A DNA stretch of 64,000 nt from an uncultured Candidatus Saccharibacteria bacterium (GTDB lineage Bacteria; Patescibacteriota; WWE3; UBA101185; UBA10185): contig CAZMKN010000001.1 in the NCBI GenBank assembly GCA_964567095.1, positions 11,675-75,674 on the forward strand, written 5' to 3'. The notes beneath the pieces are model-generated. The model was not told where the DNA came from, searched no databases, and was given only the letters and a program-made list of their open reading frames with translations. Positions 36,401-46,723 of this stretch are shown here, piece by piece (the stretch's first letter is position 1; each line of letters begins with the position of its first letter). A program made the translations under genes and the position numbers.

Positions 36401-37297
36401 ATGCCCACACTTATTTCCGTAACTTGTATAAACTGTAAAAAGCACTATTCCATTACACTAAAAAGGTATAACGAATCTCTTAAGAAAGGTTGGAATTTCT
36501 ATTGTAGTCCTGAGTGTAGGAAAGAATTTCGTAAGACGGGTAAGCTACTCACCTGTGACAATCCTGATTGTTCCAGTAAATTTTATAGAGCTAAATGTTT
36601 CATTAATGAGACTGGTAATTTCTGTTCCCAAAGTTGTGCTGCCTCCATTAACAACAATCTTAGGAAAAAAGAGCTGTCAAAGATCTGTGCCAACCCTTCC
36701 TGTGATAATAAAATTCCCCCTAGAAATACCTATTGCTCCAATAAATGCAGGGGGGAAGTTTTGAGGAAATCCGAAAGCTATTATAAGGAAAAAACCCTGA
36801 AAGGAATTAACGATTTTGTGCGATCTCACGGAAGAATTCCCCTGAAGGTTGAGTTACCCTCCACTTATACCTTTTCTAGGAAGGGTTTTGGTACCTGGAA
36901 TAAAGCTATAAAAGCCGCAGGACATATGCCTAACCCCATTCTCTTTGCTCGCAAACACATTGCTTTGGATGGCCATGTTTGTGATTCATTCTCCGAAATG
37001 ATTATAGATAATTGGTTATACAGTTATTCTATTCCCCATAAAATAAACGTACATTATCCCAAGAATTCCAAACTCACCACCGATTTTGTAGTAGGTGACT
37101 ATTGGATAGAATTTTTTGGTTTGGCAGGAGATTTAATCGCTTATGACAAAAATGTGCAGAGAAAACTTCGAATAGCTAAGGACCAAAATTTGGAATTGAT
37201 TAAACTTTATCCAAAGGACTTATATCCTAAAAATATATTGGAGAAAACACTACAACCTGTTTTATATCACTATGCTAAAGCCTTCGTGTTTGTATAG
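36401..37297 (+). CDS. zinc-ribbon-repeat protein with an uncharacterised C-terminal domain
   Basis: Five or more consecutive CxxC...CxxC modules (CINCKK...CSPEC, CDNPDC...C, CSQSC, CANPSCDNK...CSNKC), then a ~170 aa domain (ALDGHVCDSFSEMIID...DFVVGDYWIEFFG). The listed 36365 start is TTG; ATG at 36401 is more likely. Confidence 0.45.
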   Translation: MPTLISVTCINCKKHYSITLKRYNESLKKGWNFYCSPECRKEFRKTGKLLTCDNPDCSSKFYRAKCFINETGNFCSQSCAASINNNLRKKELSKICANPSCDNKIPPRNTYCSNKCRGEVLRKSESYYKEKTLKGINDFVRSHGRIPLKVELPSTYTFSRKGFGTWNKAIKAAGHMPNPILFARKHIALDGHVCDSFSEMIIDNWLYSYSIPHKINVHYPKNSKLTTDFVVGDYWIEFFGLAGDLIAYDKNVQRKLRIAKDQNLELIKLYPKDLYPKNILEKTLQPVLYHYAKAFVFV

Positions 37298-37302
37298 CGT
37301 AT

Positions 37303-38667
37303 CTACCCGTTTCCTTCTATTTCGTTCGCTGGTTTTTCTGCTTGTGCTTGACTTTCTTCCGGAGTAGCGAAGTTGTTCACGGGAGGTTTTTCCTCAGATA
37401 TTGGCGCAGCACTCACTTTTTCCCTTTCCCCTTCCTCTGCAATTTCAGGCTTTTCAGGTTCCTTAGTTTCATTACTCCCCATAGTCATGGCGTCGGGAAT
37501 GTAGATCACAGGTTCCTCCGCAATCACCATATTTTCCTGAATATTTTCATCAGGAGTTTCTGTACCCTCATTTGAAGTTGGTTGAGGCTGTTTTGGCTCA
37601 TTAATTTCCATTGAGTTAGCAATTACCGTTGGAATTTCCGCCTTCCCTACGTCTTCGAGCTTTATCTCTGTTGGTTGGACATCCGAATAAGTTTCCGGTT
37701 CCATATCTTTTGGCTCACTAACGTGTTCTTCCTTTCCCCCCGAAATTTCAGGAGTTTCTTCTGTAGGGATTTCCTCAGAAACATTTTCATCACCTTCATT
37801 ATTTTCTGGTTCCTCAGGAGTTTTCTCACTTCCCATTTCCTGTTTCTTGCTTTTTAGATCATCGAAAACCTTCAGAATAACCAGTGGTGTAAATGCCATG
37901 AATAAGTAAACTATTAAACCTTGCGTTGAATACATCAAAAACATCAAGGGAATGAGGCCAACAAATATAAGTAATGTGTACCCAATACCTTTCTTATACA
38001 GATTCCATCTATGGCCCTTTGTTAATTCCTTGCTCTTTTTCAACGCTTCAATAACTCCTACATCTTCAGTTAATAGAATGTAAGGCGCAAACAGGAACAT
38101 TAAGGTAAAAATAACTCCCGGTATTATAAGCAGAATGTATCCAAATCCTATCAACAGGCCCATTGGAATTGAAAGAAACAGGAATTTTGGCGTCTTTCTG
38201 ATCGCTTCAAGCAGAAGTTCTTTTACCGGAACCAGGTTCTTTTGGTGCATTTTTATGGGTACTAGCGCCGCATAAGTTATACTGATGGCTGTTACCACAA
38301 AACCGATAGTTACCGCTAGAATTCCATAAATCGTAATAGCCGTTTTGGATTGGTTACTTACTTCATCTATACCAATAACTTTCTGAGCTCCAGATATTGG
38401 AATAAGGTTTTCGGGGGAGCTTTCTGGAACAATATATTCTCCCAAACTCACGCTTGGTAGTACGCTAAATGTGGGTACGTCGGGTTTTTTACCAGAAATT
38501 CCGAAAATGATAACTCCCGGAATCATTATTGCAAGCGTAACTCCCGCCCCCACCAAGGCTAATGCCATGTAAGACTTGAAAAGGAATCCTAAAGAAGCAT
38601 TATCAAACAAATTTTTAAAAGCACTTTTAATAGCGTCTTTGAGTGACATCAGTTTAGGTTTATCCAT
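37303..38667 (-). CDS. polytopic membrane protein with a long acidic E/P/T-rich C-terminal tail
   Basis: About 6 TM helices in the first ~290 aa, then a ~160 aa tail rich in E, P, T and N (EEPENNEGDENVSEEIPTEETPE...). Confidence 0.5.
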   Translation of the reverse strand: MDKPKLMSLKDAIKSAFKNLFDNASLGFLFKSYMALALVGAGVTLAIMIPGVIIFGISGKKPDVPTFSVLPSVSLGEYIVPESSPENLIPISGAQKVIGIDEVSNQSKTAITIYGILAVTIGFVVTAISITYAALVPIKMHQKNLVPVKELLLEAIRKTPKFLFLSIPMGLLIGFGYILLIIPGVIFTLMFLFAPYILLTEDVGVIEALKKSKELTKGHRWNLYKKGIGYTLLIFVGLIPLMFLMYSTQGLIVYLFMAFTPLVILKVFDDLKSKKQEMGSEKTPEEPENNEGDENVSEEIPTEETPEISGGKEEHVSEPKDMEPETYSDVQPTEIKLEDVGKAEIPTVIANSMEINEPKQPQPTSNEGTETPDENIQENMVIAEEPVIYIPDAMTMGSNETKEPEKPEIAEEGEREKVSAAPISEEKPPVNNFATPEESQAQAEKPANEIEGNG

Positions 38668-38683
38668 ACTTTAAGTGTATTAG

Positions 38684-40081
38684 TTAGTTTAGTAGTTTGT
38701 CAATTATTGTATAAATGCTAAAGCCTCCATAAAAAAGGAAGGCCAAGCACATTATTGCTATTCTGGGGAAGTTAGGTCGAATTTTCTTATGTAGCAAACT
38801 CAAGTTCGTTGTGAGTGTTAATCCCACATGCACAAACATCGCGAAAGCATTTAGGACGGCTGAAATAGTTATTAATTGGAAAGGTTCCCTAAATCCGCAC
38901 GAATAAATCAGAATTCCTGATAGAATTTGTATCCAAAGGACAGAGTAGTAGGTTTTGGAAATACTTTTTCCTTGGATTTTAGAATTGGCTAAAGCTAGGT
39001 TTTCTGAAATGATTCTGCTCGTTGAATCAAACACGGTAAGTTGTGTGGCAAAAAGCATAACCCCGATTACTAGGGAGAACAGGATTCCTGCCCAAGGAGC
39101 TACCAGCTTTCCAATTTGTTTAGCCTCCTCGATTACAAAACCAACTCCGACGGTTTCCGTTCCTTTTCCGTAAGTTGTGATATAGGAAAGTAGTGCCAGT
39201 AAGCAAATCGTTATTGTGCCTGTTAACCAAAAGACCAAAAAGTGCTCTATGTTTACGTTTTTCCACCATTTTCTGAAAGTTGAAAAGTTTTCTTCTGTTG
39301 GCTCGAATTTTGCTCCAGTTAAATCTATATTTTCATTTTTACTCGTTAGTAGGCTTCTAATTTTACCGGCATATTTACCCATACCATATCCTTTGGCTTT
39401 AACGTAAAAAGATTGTGCCAAATTTAAATTTCCTCCCGCCCCCGCATAGGCCAACGCTGCCAAAAACGATGCCATCGGTATTCCTGCGGGCAAAAATCGA
39501 TATCCTTCACCTATTCCAATAATCCCGTTTCCAAGAGCCACAAAATCCGCTCCTTTGGCAAGGATTATCGACAAAACGAAGATGGTGGGGACTCCGGAGA
39601 TTATTAATATCTTCTGAAGGCTTTCCACGGTTTTGTAAAGAACAGGACCCAACGAGAGTATTAGCCCAATAGCTATAAGCATTCCTATTGTTAAAAAGGA
39701 AATATCAGTAATTCCGAAAAGATTCCCTAGTATTTTTGCCGAAGCGGCAATTATTCCTGGCCACATCCATGGAATATAGGTTGAAAATAGAAACCAAATA
39801 GGCGCCCCCTTAAATTTTCTCGCAATTCCTACGAAAATACTTTCTCCATGAGCAAGAGCGTATCTTTCGATTTCCATATTCATGAAAAACTGAAAAGTTA
39901 TCCCGAGAATCGCTCCCCAGATGATTCCCATGCCATAATGGGATGTCAGGTAAGGCCACAAAATAATTTCTCCACTTCCAAGACCGAGTCCTAGTAAGAT
40001 AAAACTTGGGCCCATTAATTTTTTCAGTGGAAGCGCCTTAGGTAATGTTTTAATCTTTAAGCCCTTAATTTCTGTAGCCAT
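38684..40081 (-). CDS. Nramp/MntH-like (APC-superfamily) transporter
   Basis: GPSFILLGLGLGSGEIILWP...MNMEIERYALAHGE resembles the Nramp N-terminal GPGFLMSIA.DPGN...A region. About 11 TM helices. Confidence 0.4.
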   Translation of the reverse strand: MATEIKGLKIKTLPKALPLKKLMGPSFILLGLGLGSGEIILWPYLTSHYGMGIIWGAILGITFQFFMNMEIERYALAHGESIFVGIARKFKGAPIWFLFSTYIPWMWPGIIAASAKILGNLFGITDISFLTIGMLIAIGLILSLGPVLYKTVESLQKILIISGVPTIFVLSIILAKGADFVALGNGIIGIGEGYRFLPAGIPMASFLAALAYAGAGGNLNLAQSFYVKAKGYGMGKYAGKIRSLLTSKNENIDLTGAKFEPTEENFSTFRKWWKNVNIEHFLVFWLTGTITICLLALLSYITTYGKGTETVGVGFVIEEAKQIGKLVAPWAGILFSLVIGVMLFATQLTVFDSTSRIISENLALANSKIQGKSISKTYYSVLWIQILSGILIYSCGFREPFQLITISAVLNAFAMFVHVGLTLTTNLSLLHKKIRPNFPRIAIMCLAFLFYGGFSIYTIIDKLLN

Positions 40082-40100
40082 TGAATTAATGGTACCAAAA

Positions 40101-40742
40101 TTAAATTTTAAATTTTAGGTAAAATATTGGACGGGGTTTTCCAAGACTTAGCTTTTTGCTCCAGCTAGTGTCAATTTCCCTAAGCATTTTTCTCGTTACC
40201 TTTTGGAAGTTGTCTATCTTGAATCCGATATCCTCATATTTTGGAATGAGTTCTATTTTTATATAGTTCTCGTCAAGATCCTTTAAGTTTAATCTTTTCG
40301 TTTCAACTGGTTCTGAGAGTAAATCGTATCCAAACACTAGTAACAAGCTTCCTCCTGGCTTGATCAAATTCTTGATTGCTTTGATGACCGGTTTATTATA
40401 TCCGGCAATATTTTCCAGCAAACTTCCCCAAGGTAAAATAATAGTGATTACATTGGCAGTATTTCTCAGTTCTTCTGGCAACATTTCAGCACTTCCCAAG
40501 ACGAAGAGAACGTTTGAAAGCTTCTTTCTCAATGCTTTTTTTGAATATTTTCTAAGTTGCTTTTCTACCAGATCGATACCGATGCAAAGTATTTCAGGAT
40601 TTTTAAGCGCTTTTTTGTAAACATATCGCCCATTGCCTGTTCCCAGATCTATTTCTACATTTTCAAATTTTCGCAAAATTTCCTTGAAATCTTCCGAAGA
40701 CATCTCTTTAAGTTTGTTTCCTAGGACTATTTTCATTTTCAC
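40101..40742 (-). CDS. class I SAM-dependent methyltransferase (TrmB-like)
   Basis: EIDLGTGNGRYV...ILCIGIDL glycine-rich SAM-binding motif. Size 213 aa. Confidence 0.45.
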   Translation of the reverse strand: MKMKIVLGNKLKEMSSEDFKEILRKFENVEIDLGTGNGRYVYKKALKNPEILCIGIDLVEKQLRKYSKKALRKKLSNVLFVLGSAEMLPEELRNTANVITIILPWGSLLENIAGYNKPVIKAIKNLIKPGGSLLLVFGYDLLSEPVETKRLNLKDLDENYIKIELIPKYEDIGFKIDNFQKVTRKMLREIDTSWSKKLSLGKPRPIFYLKFKI

Positions 40743-41080
40743 GCATCCCCTTTCGATATTAAAATGGTTTTATTTCTAGATTTAAATCCAGACTTAATTT
40801 TTACGTATGTTTTTGGAATGTTGAAATAATCTCCAAGTAGCTCTAACATTTCCTCATTAGCCCTGCCCTTCTTGGGAAGGGATTTCACAGATATTTCCAG
40901 AGTTTGATTTCCATACATGTCTTCCTTCTCTACTACTCTAGCCTCTTTTGTCCCTGGCTTTATTTTAACTTTTATGCTTTTCATTTTTTCAAGGATTATC
41001 CTTAGATCATCTTCAGACTTTAATTTTATTAGTGCTCTATAACTTTGTTTGTTCGAAGGATTGTCCTTAGTATAATACAT
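40739..41080 (-). CDS. DUF167 (YggU/UPF0235) family protein
   Basis: ...ISVKSLPKKGRANEEMLELLGDYFNIPKTYVKIKSGFKSRNKTILI matches the DUF167 core (..P.dGkAN.ali.fLa..l.v.ks.v.i.sG..sR.K.v.i). Confidence 0.55.
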   Translation of the reverse strand: MYYTKDNPSNKQSYRALIKLKSEDDLRIILEKMKSIKVKIKPGTKEARVVEKEDMYGNQTLEISVKSLPKKGRANEEMLELLGDYFNIPKTYVKIKSGFKSRNKTILISKGDA

Positions 41081-41203
41081 ATCTTTCCTTATCCCGGAAA
41101 CCTGAAACCCCTTCTCTTAGAAGGATCGTACTTGAACTTGAAAAACTGCATATGTTTCCTATAGAATCCGTAGGTCGTTACAAATTTTTGAAAGGGTTTA
41201 CAA

Positions 41204-41569
41204 ATGTCCAAAAGAGATATGGTACAGAAAAGATTACAAATGCTTAACAGTTTGCGAGAAGATCTTAGAGAATTAAATTCTCATCGTAAGGATATATTAG
41301 ACGAAAGCGAGGGATACAATGAGCTAGAAGAAAAAAGTAAGTTGGTTAAGGAGCAGGCCGCTGAAAAAAAGAAGCAAATTTTAGCAATTCCTGAATATGA
41401 TGCTGTAATTCGCCAGATAAAGGATATTAGGATAGATATCGAAGATCAAAAAGATGCCCTGTCTCAGGAGTTGATAGAACTTTATAGGGAGGAAGGCATA
41501 ACAGAGATCGAGGATTCTAAAGGGAATATTAAGAAACTAAAGTTTAGCGTTCGCTTAGTAAATCCATAA
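41204..41569 (+). CDS. hypothetical coiled-coil protein
   Basis: Charged heptad-like sequence with no recognisable motif. Confidence 0.35.
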   Translation: MSKRDMVQKRLQMLNSLREDLRELNSHRKDILDESEGYNELEEKSKLVKEQAAEKKKQILAIPEYDAVIRQIKDIRIDIEDQKDALSQELIELYREEGITEIEDSKGNIKKLKFSVRLVNP

Positions 41570-41622
41570 CTTTATTATCCGAAAAGTATTTTATTTAGAA
41601 AACTATTTGATATAATGCTCGC

Positions 41623-42291
41623 ATGACAAATCAAGAAACTAATCCAAGTAATAAAAAAGTTGCTTCTAAGAAGCAACAGAGTGCTCACAACGGCAAGAGC
41701 AAAAAATTATTGAAAATTTTGTCTGTAGTAGCCGCGGTAATTCTAGTCTTGGGCGTTCTTTCCGTGGTTGTTTACAACTTCAAACATTTTTTTGTTGTAG
41801 GCAGTGTGGATGGAAGACTTATAACCCGAATGGAGTTGAATAAAGTTCTGTTAGACGCTTATGGAACGGTTGGTTTCGATGAGTTGGTTACTGAAAAAAT
41901 AGTTGAAAAAGAAATAGCGGAAAAGGGTATAACGGTAAGCCGAGCACAGCTAAATGAGAGGAAAAAAAAGATTTCCGCTCAAATTGAGGAAGGCCAGCGC
42001 ATGACATTGGAGCAGTATCTGAAGATGCAGGGTATTCCGGAGGCTAAGTTTGATACCAACATAACTCAGCAACTTAGCGTAGAGATGCTTTTTGCAGATA
42101 AAGTTGATGTTTCGGAGGAAGAGATTGATACGTTCTTAGAGACTTATGGTGAGCAATTAGCGGAGGGGACGGACGAAGAAAAGAGAGCGCAAGTTGTAGA
42201 CATTTTAATCAGTCAGCAAATGGGTACTTTGTTTCAACAATGGCTCGAGGATGCGAAGAGTCGCGCAGAAATATCTAATTATTTGGAATAA
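41623..42291 (+). CDS. membrane-anchored SurA-N/PpiD-like chaperone-domain protein
   Basis: Basic N-terminus and a TM helix, then VDGRLITRMELNKVL...GITVSRAQL...VDVSEEEIDTFLE, a pattern like the SurA N-terminal domain. Confidence 0.4.
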   Translation: MTNQETNPSNKKVASKKQQSAHNGKSKKLLKILSVVAAVILVLGVLSVVVYNFKHFFVVGSVDGRLITRMELNKVLLDAYGTVGFDELVTEKIVEKEIAEKGITVSRAQLNERKKKISAQIEEGQRMTLEQYLKMQGIPEAKFDTNITQQLSVEMLFADKVDVSEEEIDTFLETYGEQLAEGTDEEKRAQVVDILISQQMGTLFQQWLEDAKSRAEISNYLE

Positions 42292-42471
42292 ATCCGATAA
42301 GTCCAATGTGCTCAGTAATTTTTTCCGTGTGTATTAGCAGTTAGAAAAGCTGTAGCGAGTAGTATCCGTTGGTGAAAAATTTCCTTTAGTAACTAAAGAA
42401 CTTGTAGAATTAGCTGTAAACTTGGAAGCGGAAACTTTGAAAAGAGAGCCGAAAGGATTTAAGCTTACTTC

Positions 42472-43248
42472 ATGTACTTTATTGATTCTCATTGTCATTT
42501 GCCCCCTGTTGAACAAAAGGAGAGATTGGAGGAGGTAATAAACAACGCAATAGCTGCAGGTGTTCATAAATTTGTGAATATAGGTACATCCGTTTCCGAG
42601 AATGCTAAAGTTTTGAAAGTTTCAGGTGAGTATCCGCAGACATACCCTACGGCAGCGATTTATCCCCACGAAAACATGGACCGTTCTTTGGATGAGTTAG
42701 AGCAGTATCTGAGGGATTTTGTTTCCGAAAATAGGGAAGCTCTCGTAGGCGTGGGTGAGGCGGGAATAGACATTTCGAATTGGAAGAAAGGTAGGAACTT
42801 AAAAGATCAAGTAGACCTCTTCGAATTTCAGGTGCGTTTGGCCAAAGAATACAATTTACCTCTCATTGTTCATAATAGAAATGGGGATGATCAGGTTCTT
42901 TCGGTTTTAAATAAGATAAGGCCGCCGAAAGGGGTTATTCATTGTTTTGCTTCGGATTGGAAGTTCGCAGAAAAGGTTTTAGAGATGGGATTTTACATAT
43001 CATTTTCGGGTTTAATAACCTATGAATCCCGAAAATCGCTCCTGGAAGTTGTGAAAAAAGTACCTAACGACAAATTTTTGATCGAGACAGATTCTCCATA
43101 TTTGCCCCCAGCAAGTCATAGAGGTGAGAAAAATCAGCCAAAGTATGTTAAAATCATCGCGCAGAAAATCTCAGAAGTAAAAGGTATTTCTTTGGAGAAT
43201 GTCGCTAAGCTTTCCAGCTCAAATACAGAGAGGTTACTTGGCATATAG
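42472..43248 (+). CDS. tatD: TatD-family metal-dependent hydrolase/DNase
   Basis: MYFIDSHCHL start, GEAGID, and ...ETDSPYL. Confidence 0.8.
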   Translation: MYFIDSHCHLPPVEQKERLEEVINNAIAAGVHKFVNIGTSVSENAKVLKVSGEYPQTYPTAAIYPHENMDRSLDELEQYLRDFVSENREALVGVGEAGIDISNWKKGRNLKDQVDLFEFQVRLAKEYNLPLIVHNRNGDDQVLSVLNKIRPPKGVIHCFASDWKFAEKVLEMGFYISFSGLITYESRKSLLEVVKKVPNDKFLIETDSPYLPPASHRGEKNQPKYVKIIAQKISEVKGISLENVAKLSSSNTERLLGI

Positions 43249-43257
43249 TTTTTTCAC

Positions 43258-44796
43258 ATGAAAGAATTTGTAGAAAAGCACGATAAAAAAATACATAGGA
43301 TTCTAGAAACAGTTCCTGGACTTTTAACTTGGAGTGTTTTGCTTTCGCCTATTTGGCTAGGGATCGTCTTTCCAGAGATGTTAGTCTATATGATTATTGC
43401 ATTAACAGTGTTTTGGGCCTACATGGCTACACGCTATTCGTTCGGCATGCTTAGGGGCTATAACTTTTATAAGGAGGAGATGGCTATCGATTGGTTAGCA
43501 AGATGTCAAGGGTTGGATTTTTCACTACTCCTTGAGCCCCAAACCATCCCTTCAAAACTAGCCGATGTAAAGCACTTTATTCTAATTCCGGCAGTAAACG
43601 AGCCCTATGAGGTTTTAAAGCCCGCTTTTGACAGTTTTTGCTCGCAGACTTTTCCACGGGATCAAGTTGTTTTGGTGTATACAATAGAGGAAAAATATTC
43701 TAAGCAGACAATAGAAACTTTGCACGAGCTATTCAATGGTAGGGATAGGGAGTTTGCTGACGTTCTTATATACGTTCATCCCGCGGGAATACCGGGGGAG
43801 GCTATTGGTGCAGGTGCTGCAAACCGTACTTGGGGCGCAAAGCACGCTGTGGCAGATTTACGGAACCGTGACGAAAACTTTCGTAACTATATTTTCAGTA
43901 CTTTTGATGCCGACCACGTTTTAAACGATAAGTTTTTATCCAGACTAACACATCTTTATTTGACTTCAGATGAAAGGGACAACAAGTTTTATCAGTCGGC
44001 TGTAGCCCTTTTTGATAACAACTATTGGCAGGTTCCAATTTTTATGCGTATCGAGGCTACTTCTGTTGCGTTAGGTGGATTGGCCGAGTGGGCCATTAGG
44101 GGAAAATTAAAGGATACGTTTGCGGCCTATTCTTCTTCTTTGAAAACATTAGTAGATGTGGACTATTGGGACGTTACCCTCGGAGTGGATGACCAGATTT
44201 TCTATTGGCGCGCTTTTTTTAAGAGAAATGGAAATTTTGTGGGAGTTCCGCATTATATTCCTTATTCAGCAGATGCGGTTATGGGAAGAAATTTCGGAGA
44301 TTCCTGTAGAAGTCTTTATAAGCAGCTACTTAGGTGGGGGTGGGGTGTCATAGATTTCCCTTTATCTGTGAAGGGATTCATGAAAAACGGGGAAGTTCCT
44401 TTGCACCTGAAAATTGCTTGGATGTTTCGCCATTTGGAAAAAAGAATCCTATTGATAGACAGCGTGTTTTTAATAACCTTCGGTTTTGGCATTCTGAGCC
44501 TTACAAACCCCTCCATAAAGCAGGCTACGTTTGCCTACAGTTTGCCCAATATTATGAGCCTTATCTTAACGTCTACATTAGTTTTCTTTCTACCAATAAC
44601 TATAATCCGTTTTAAAATAGTCAAGCCCATGCCTGCTAACTGGTCCTTTTGGCGCAGAACACTGGCTGTTTTAGAAGCTCCTCTTGTTACAATAAATATG
44701 CTTTCATTTTCATTCTTTCCTCAAGTTGAGGCACAAACGAGAATGCTTCTTGGTAAGAAAATGAAAGATTTGTATCACACGCCCAAAATAAGATGA
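43258..44796 (+). CDS. processive family-2 glycosyltransferase (CesA/chitin-synthase-like) with N- and C-terminal TM segments
   Basis: DxD (FDADHVL) and Q..RW (YKQLLRWGWG) motifs, with TM helices flanking the catalytic domain. Confidence 0.55.
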   Translation: MKEFVEKHDKKIHRILETVPGLLTWSVLLSPIWLGIVFPEMLVYMIIALTVFWAYMATRYSFGMLRGYNFYKEEMAIDWLARCQGLDFSLLLEPQTIPSKLADVKHFILIPAVNEPYEVLKPAFDSFCSQTFPRDQVVLVYTIEEKYSKQTIETLHELFNGRDREFADVLIYVHPAGIPGEAIGAGAANRTWGAKHAVADLRNRDENFRNYIFSTFDADHVLNDKFLSRLTHLYLTSDERDNKFYQSAVALFDNNYWQVPIFMRIEATSVALGGLAEWAIRGKLKDTFAAYSSSLKTLVDVDYWDVTLGVDDQIFYWRAFFKRNGNFVGVPHYIPYSADAVMGRNFGDSCRSLYKQLLRWGWGVIDFPLSVKGFMKNGEVPLHLKIAWMFRHLEKRILLIDSVFLITFGFGILSLTNPSIKQATFAYSLPNIMSLILTSTLVFFLPITIIRFKIVKPMPANWSFWRRTLAVLEAPLVTINMLSFSFFPQVEAQTRMLLGKKMKDLYHTPKIR

Positions 44797-46304
44797 AAAA
44801 TTTTACCAATTTATTTAAGGCTCCTAAAGGAATTAAGAATAAAGATTCAAGGTTATTGGGTATATTATTTGGGATTAGCTTACTAACAATTTTGGTGCAA
44901 TTGGTTTATTTGAATTTGAGGTTTGCTTTTTTGCTAGATGAAATTCCGCTTTTTTACTCAAAGGTTTGGGGAGATGCGCAATTGGCTCCAAAGTCGGACA
45001 TTTTTTTAATTCCAGCCACCTCCATATTTATTACCCTTGCAGGATCCTTGTTTTTCTATTATGTTGGTACCCACTTTTATAAGTTCGGAACCAAACTAAT
45101 TTTTTTTCTAGTCTCATTCTGCAACCTTCTCTTAACAGCATCTCTTTTTCGAATTGTTCATCTAAGCCTGGGTACTTCTGTTCCTTTGATTGCCGAAAAC
45201 TATGTATACTTATTTGTTCCGTTTTTCGTGGCCTTACTGGCTAGTTTATTCCTGTCTCCCAGTTATGTTAAATTGATGACTTCTTGGGGAGTTGTGACAG
45301 ACCCTAATCGCCATTCGCATCCGGCCATGATTTTGAAAAATCCCTCTGTGAGAGGCGGCGGCCTGCTATTTGCCCTGGTATTTATAGTTGTTTCCATTTT
45401 CTTTTTACCGTTAACAACTAAAATAATTGGTATTCTACTTTTTAGTTTGTTCCTAGCTATTTTCGGTTTTTTGGATGACTTCCAGAATACCCACTCAAGA
45501 AGTAAACTGTCCTTTTTAGAAAATCCTCTAATACGCTTGGGTTGTTTGGTCTTTTTCGTAAGTTTGGTGTATTTTTTTGATATTAAAATTTCCTTTTTAA
45601 GCAATCCACTAAATGGGGTGTTGCATTTAGATACACTAGGTTTTTCTTTGGGGGATGTGGTTATTAAACCCTTATCCTGGATTTTCACTACAGTCTGGAT
45701 TGTGTGGATACTTAATTTGCTTTCGTGGTCAAATGGAGTAGATGGTCAGTATAGCGGTATTGTTGGTATTTCTCTTATTTTCTTAGGTCTTTTAGCATTA
45801 CGCCAAGATTTTCCAACTCCAGCGGACTTTAGCTACGCCCGCTTGGCTGTTATAGGTGCTGGCGTTGTGTTTGGTTTGGTGGGAGTTACTTGGCATCCAT
45901 CGAAGCTTATGTGGGGATTTGGAGCCATGTCTGCGGGGGTTGTCGTGGCTGCTTTATCGGTGCTAGTTCAGGCGAAGGTTATTACCTCTATCCTGATTTT
46001 ATTAATTCCGTTTTTGGACGGTCTTATAACTGTAATTCGCCGTGTTGCTCGGGGGAAAAATCCATTAAAAGGAGACAGGGGTCATTTGCATCACTTACTT
46101 ATGCAAAAAGGATTGTCGGTTCCACAAGTGGCGTTGTTTTACTGGTTGGCTACCCTTTTATTTGGTGGTTTAAGTCTCTATTCGGCCGGAAAACCTTTAG
46201 TGCAGACTTTTCTAATGCTATTAGGTATACTATTCTTTATAATAGTCCTAGCGAACGTAAAATTACCCACGAAGAAGCTCCCACTACAAGAATTTGAGAA
46301 ATAA
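44793..46304 (+). CDS. polyprenyl-phosphate sugar-1-phosphate transferase (GT4, MraY/WecA family) with an N-terminal TM extension
   Basis: GFLDDF (the MraY DD motif) and SNGVDGQYSG (the N..DG.DGL motif). Its start overlaps the stop of the GT2 gene. Confidence 0.6.
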   Translation: MKNFTNLFKAPKGIKNKDSRLLGILFGISLLTILVQLVYLNLRFAFLLDEIPLFYSKVWGDAQLAPKSDIFLIPATSIFITLAGSLFFYYVGTHFYKFGTKLIFFLVSFCNLLLTASLFRIVHLSLGTSVPLIAENYVYLFVPFFVALLASLFLSPSYVKLMTSWGVVTDPNRHSHPAMILKNPSVRGGGLLFALVFIVVSIFFLPLTTKIIGILLFSLFLAIFGFLDDFQNTHSRSKLSFLENPLIRLGCLVFFVSLVYFFDIKISFLSNPLNGVLHLDTLGFSLGDVVIKPLSWIFTTVWIVWILNLLSWSNGVDGQYSGIVGISLIFLGLLALRQDFPTPADFSYARLAVIGAGVVFGLVGVTWHPSKLMWGFGAMSAGVVVAALSVLVQAKVITSILILLIPFLDGLITVIRRVARGKNPLKGDRGHLHHLLMQKGLSVPQVALFYWLATLLFGGLSLYSAGKPLVQTFLMLLGILFFIIVLANVKLPTKKLPLQEFEK

Positions 46305-46716
46305 TACCCCACGGCAACGGTGCCTGGAATTGTAGCTTGCTTTGAATACTTGCGATTGACTTCACAATTTTCGGTTCATTTTCCATATAAATGTGCGGCC
46401 CCTCAACTACATCGGGTAATACTGACCCTATACCAGATAAAAACATATTTAAGGCAAGTGGTGGGTTTTTTATTACCCACAACGTATATAAAGTTGCAGT
46501 AAGTCCTACTGCTACACCTAGAACCAGATCGCCCATAACAGCAAGAGGCCGCCAGCCTCTAATCCGTTCTTCTTTTTTAGTTCCTGAATAGAAATCCCAG
46601 TGAGGTACCAAGTCTCCCACGAAATGAGATACTATTGAGAGAGGCACCGCTATAAATGGATTTTGTATTGTAACCCCTATTGCAAGACCTACAAAAGTGT
46701 GTGGTGTTAAAAGCAT
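46237..46716 (-). CDS. small polytopic membrane protein
   Basis: Hydrophobic 159-aa ORF. It overlaps the convergent GT4 gene 3' end by ~68 nt, so its exact extent is uncertain. Confidence 0.3.
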   Translation of the reverse strand: MLLTPHTFVGLAIGVTIQNPFIAVPLSIVSHFVGDLVPHWDFYSGTKKEERIRGWRPLAVMGDLVLGVAVGLTATLYTLWVIKNPPLALNMFLSGIGSVLPDVVEGPHIYMENEPKIVKSIASIQSKLQFQAPLPWGIISQILVVGASSWVILRSLGLL

Positions 46717-46723
46717 GCAGACC

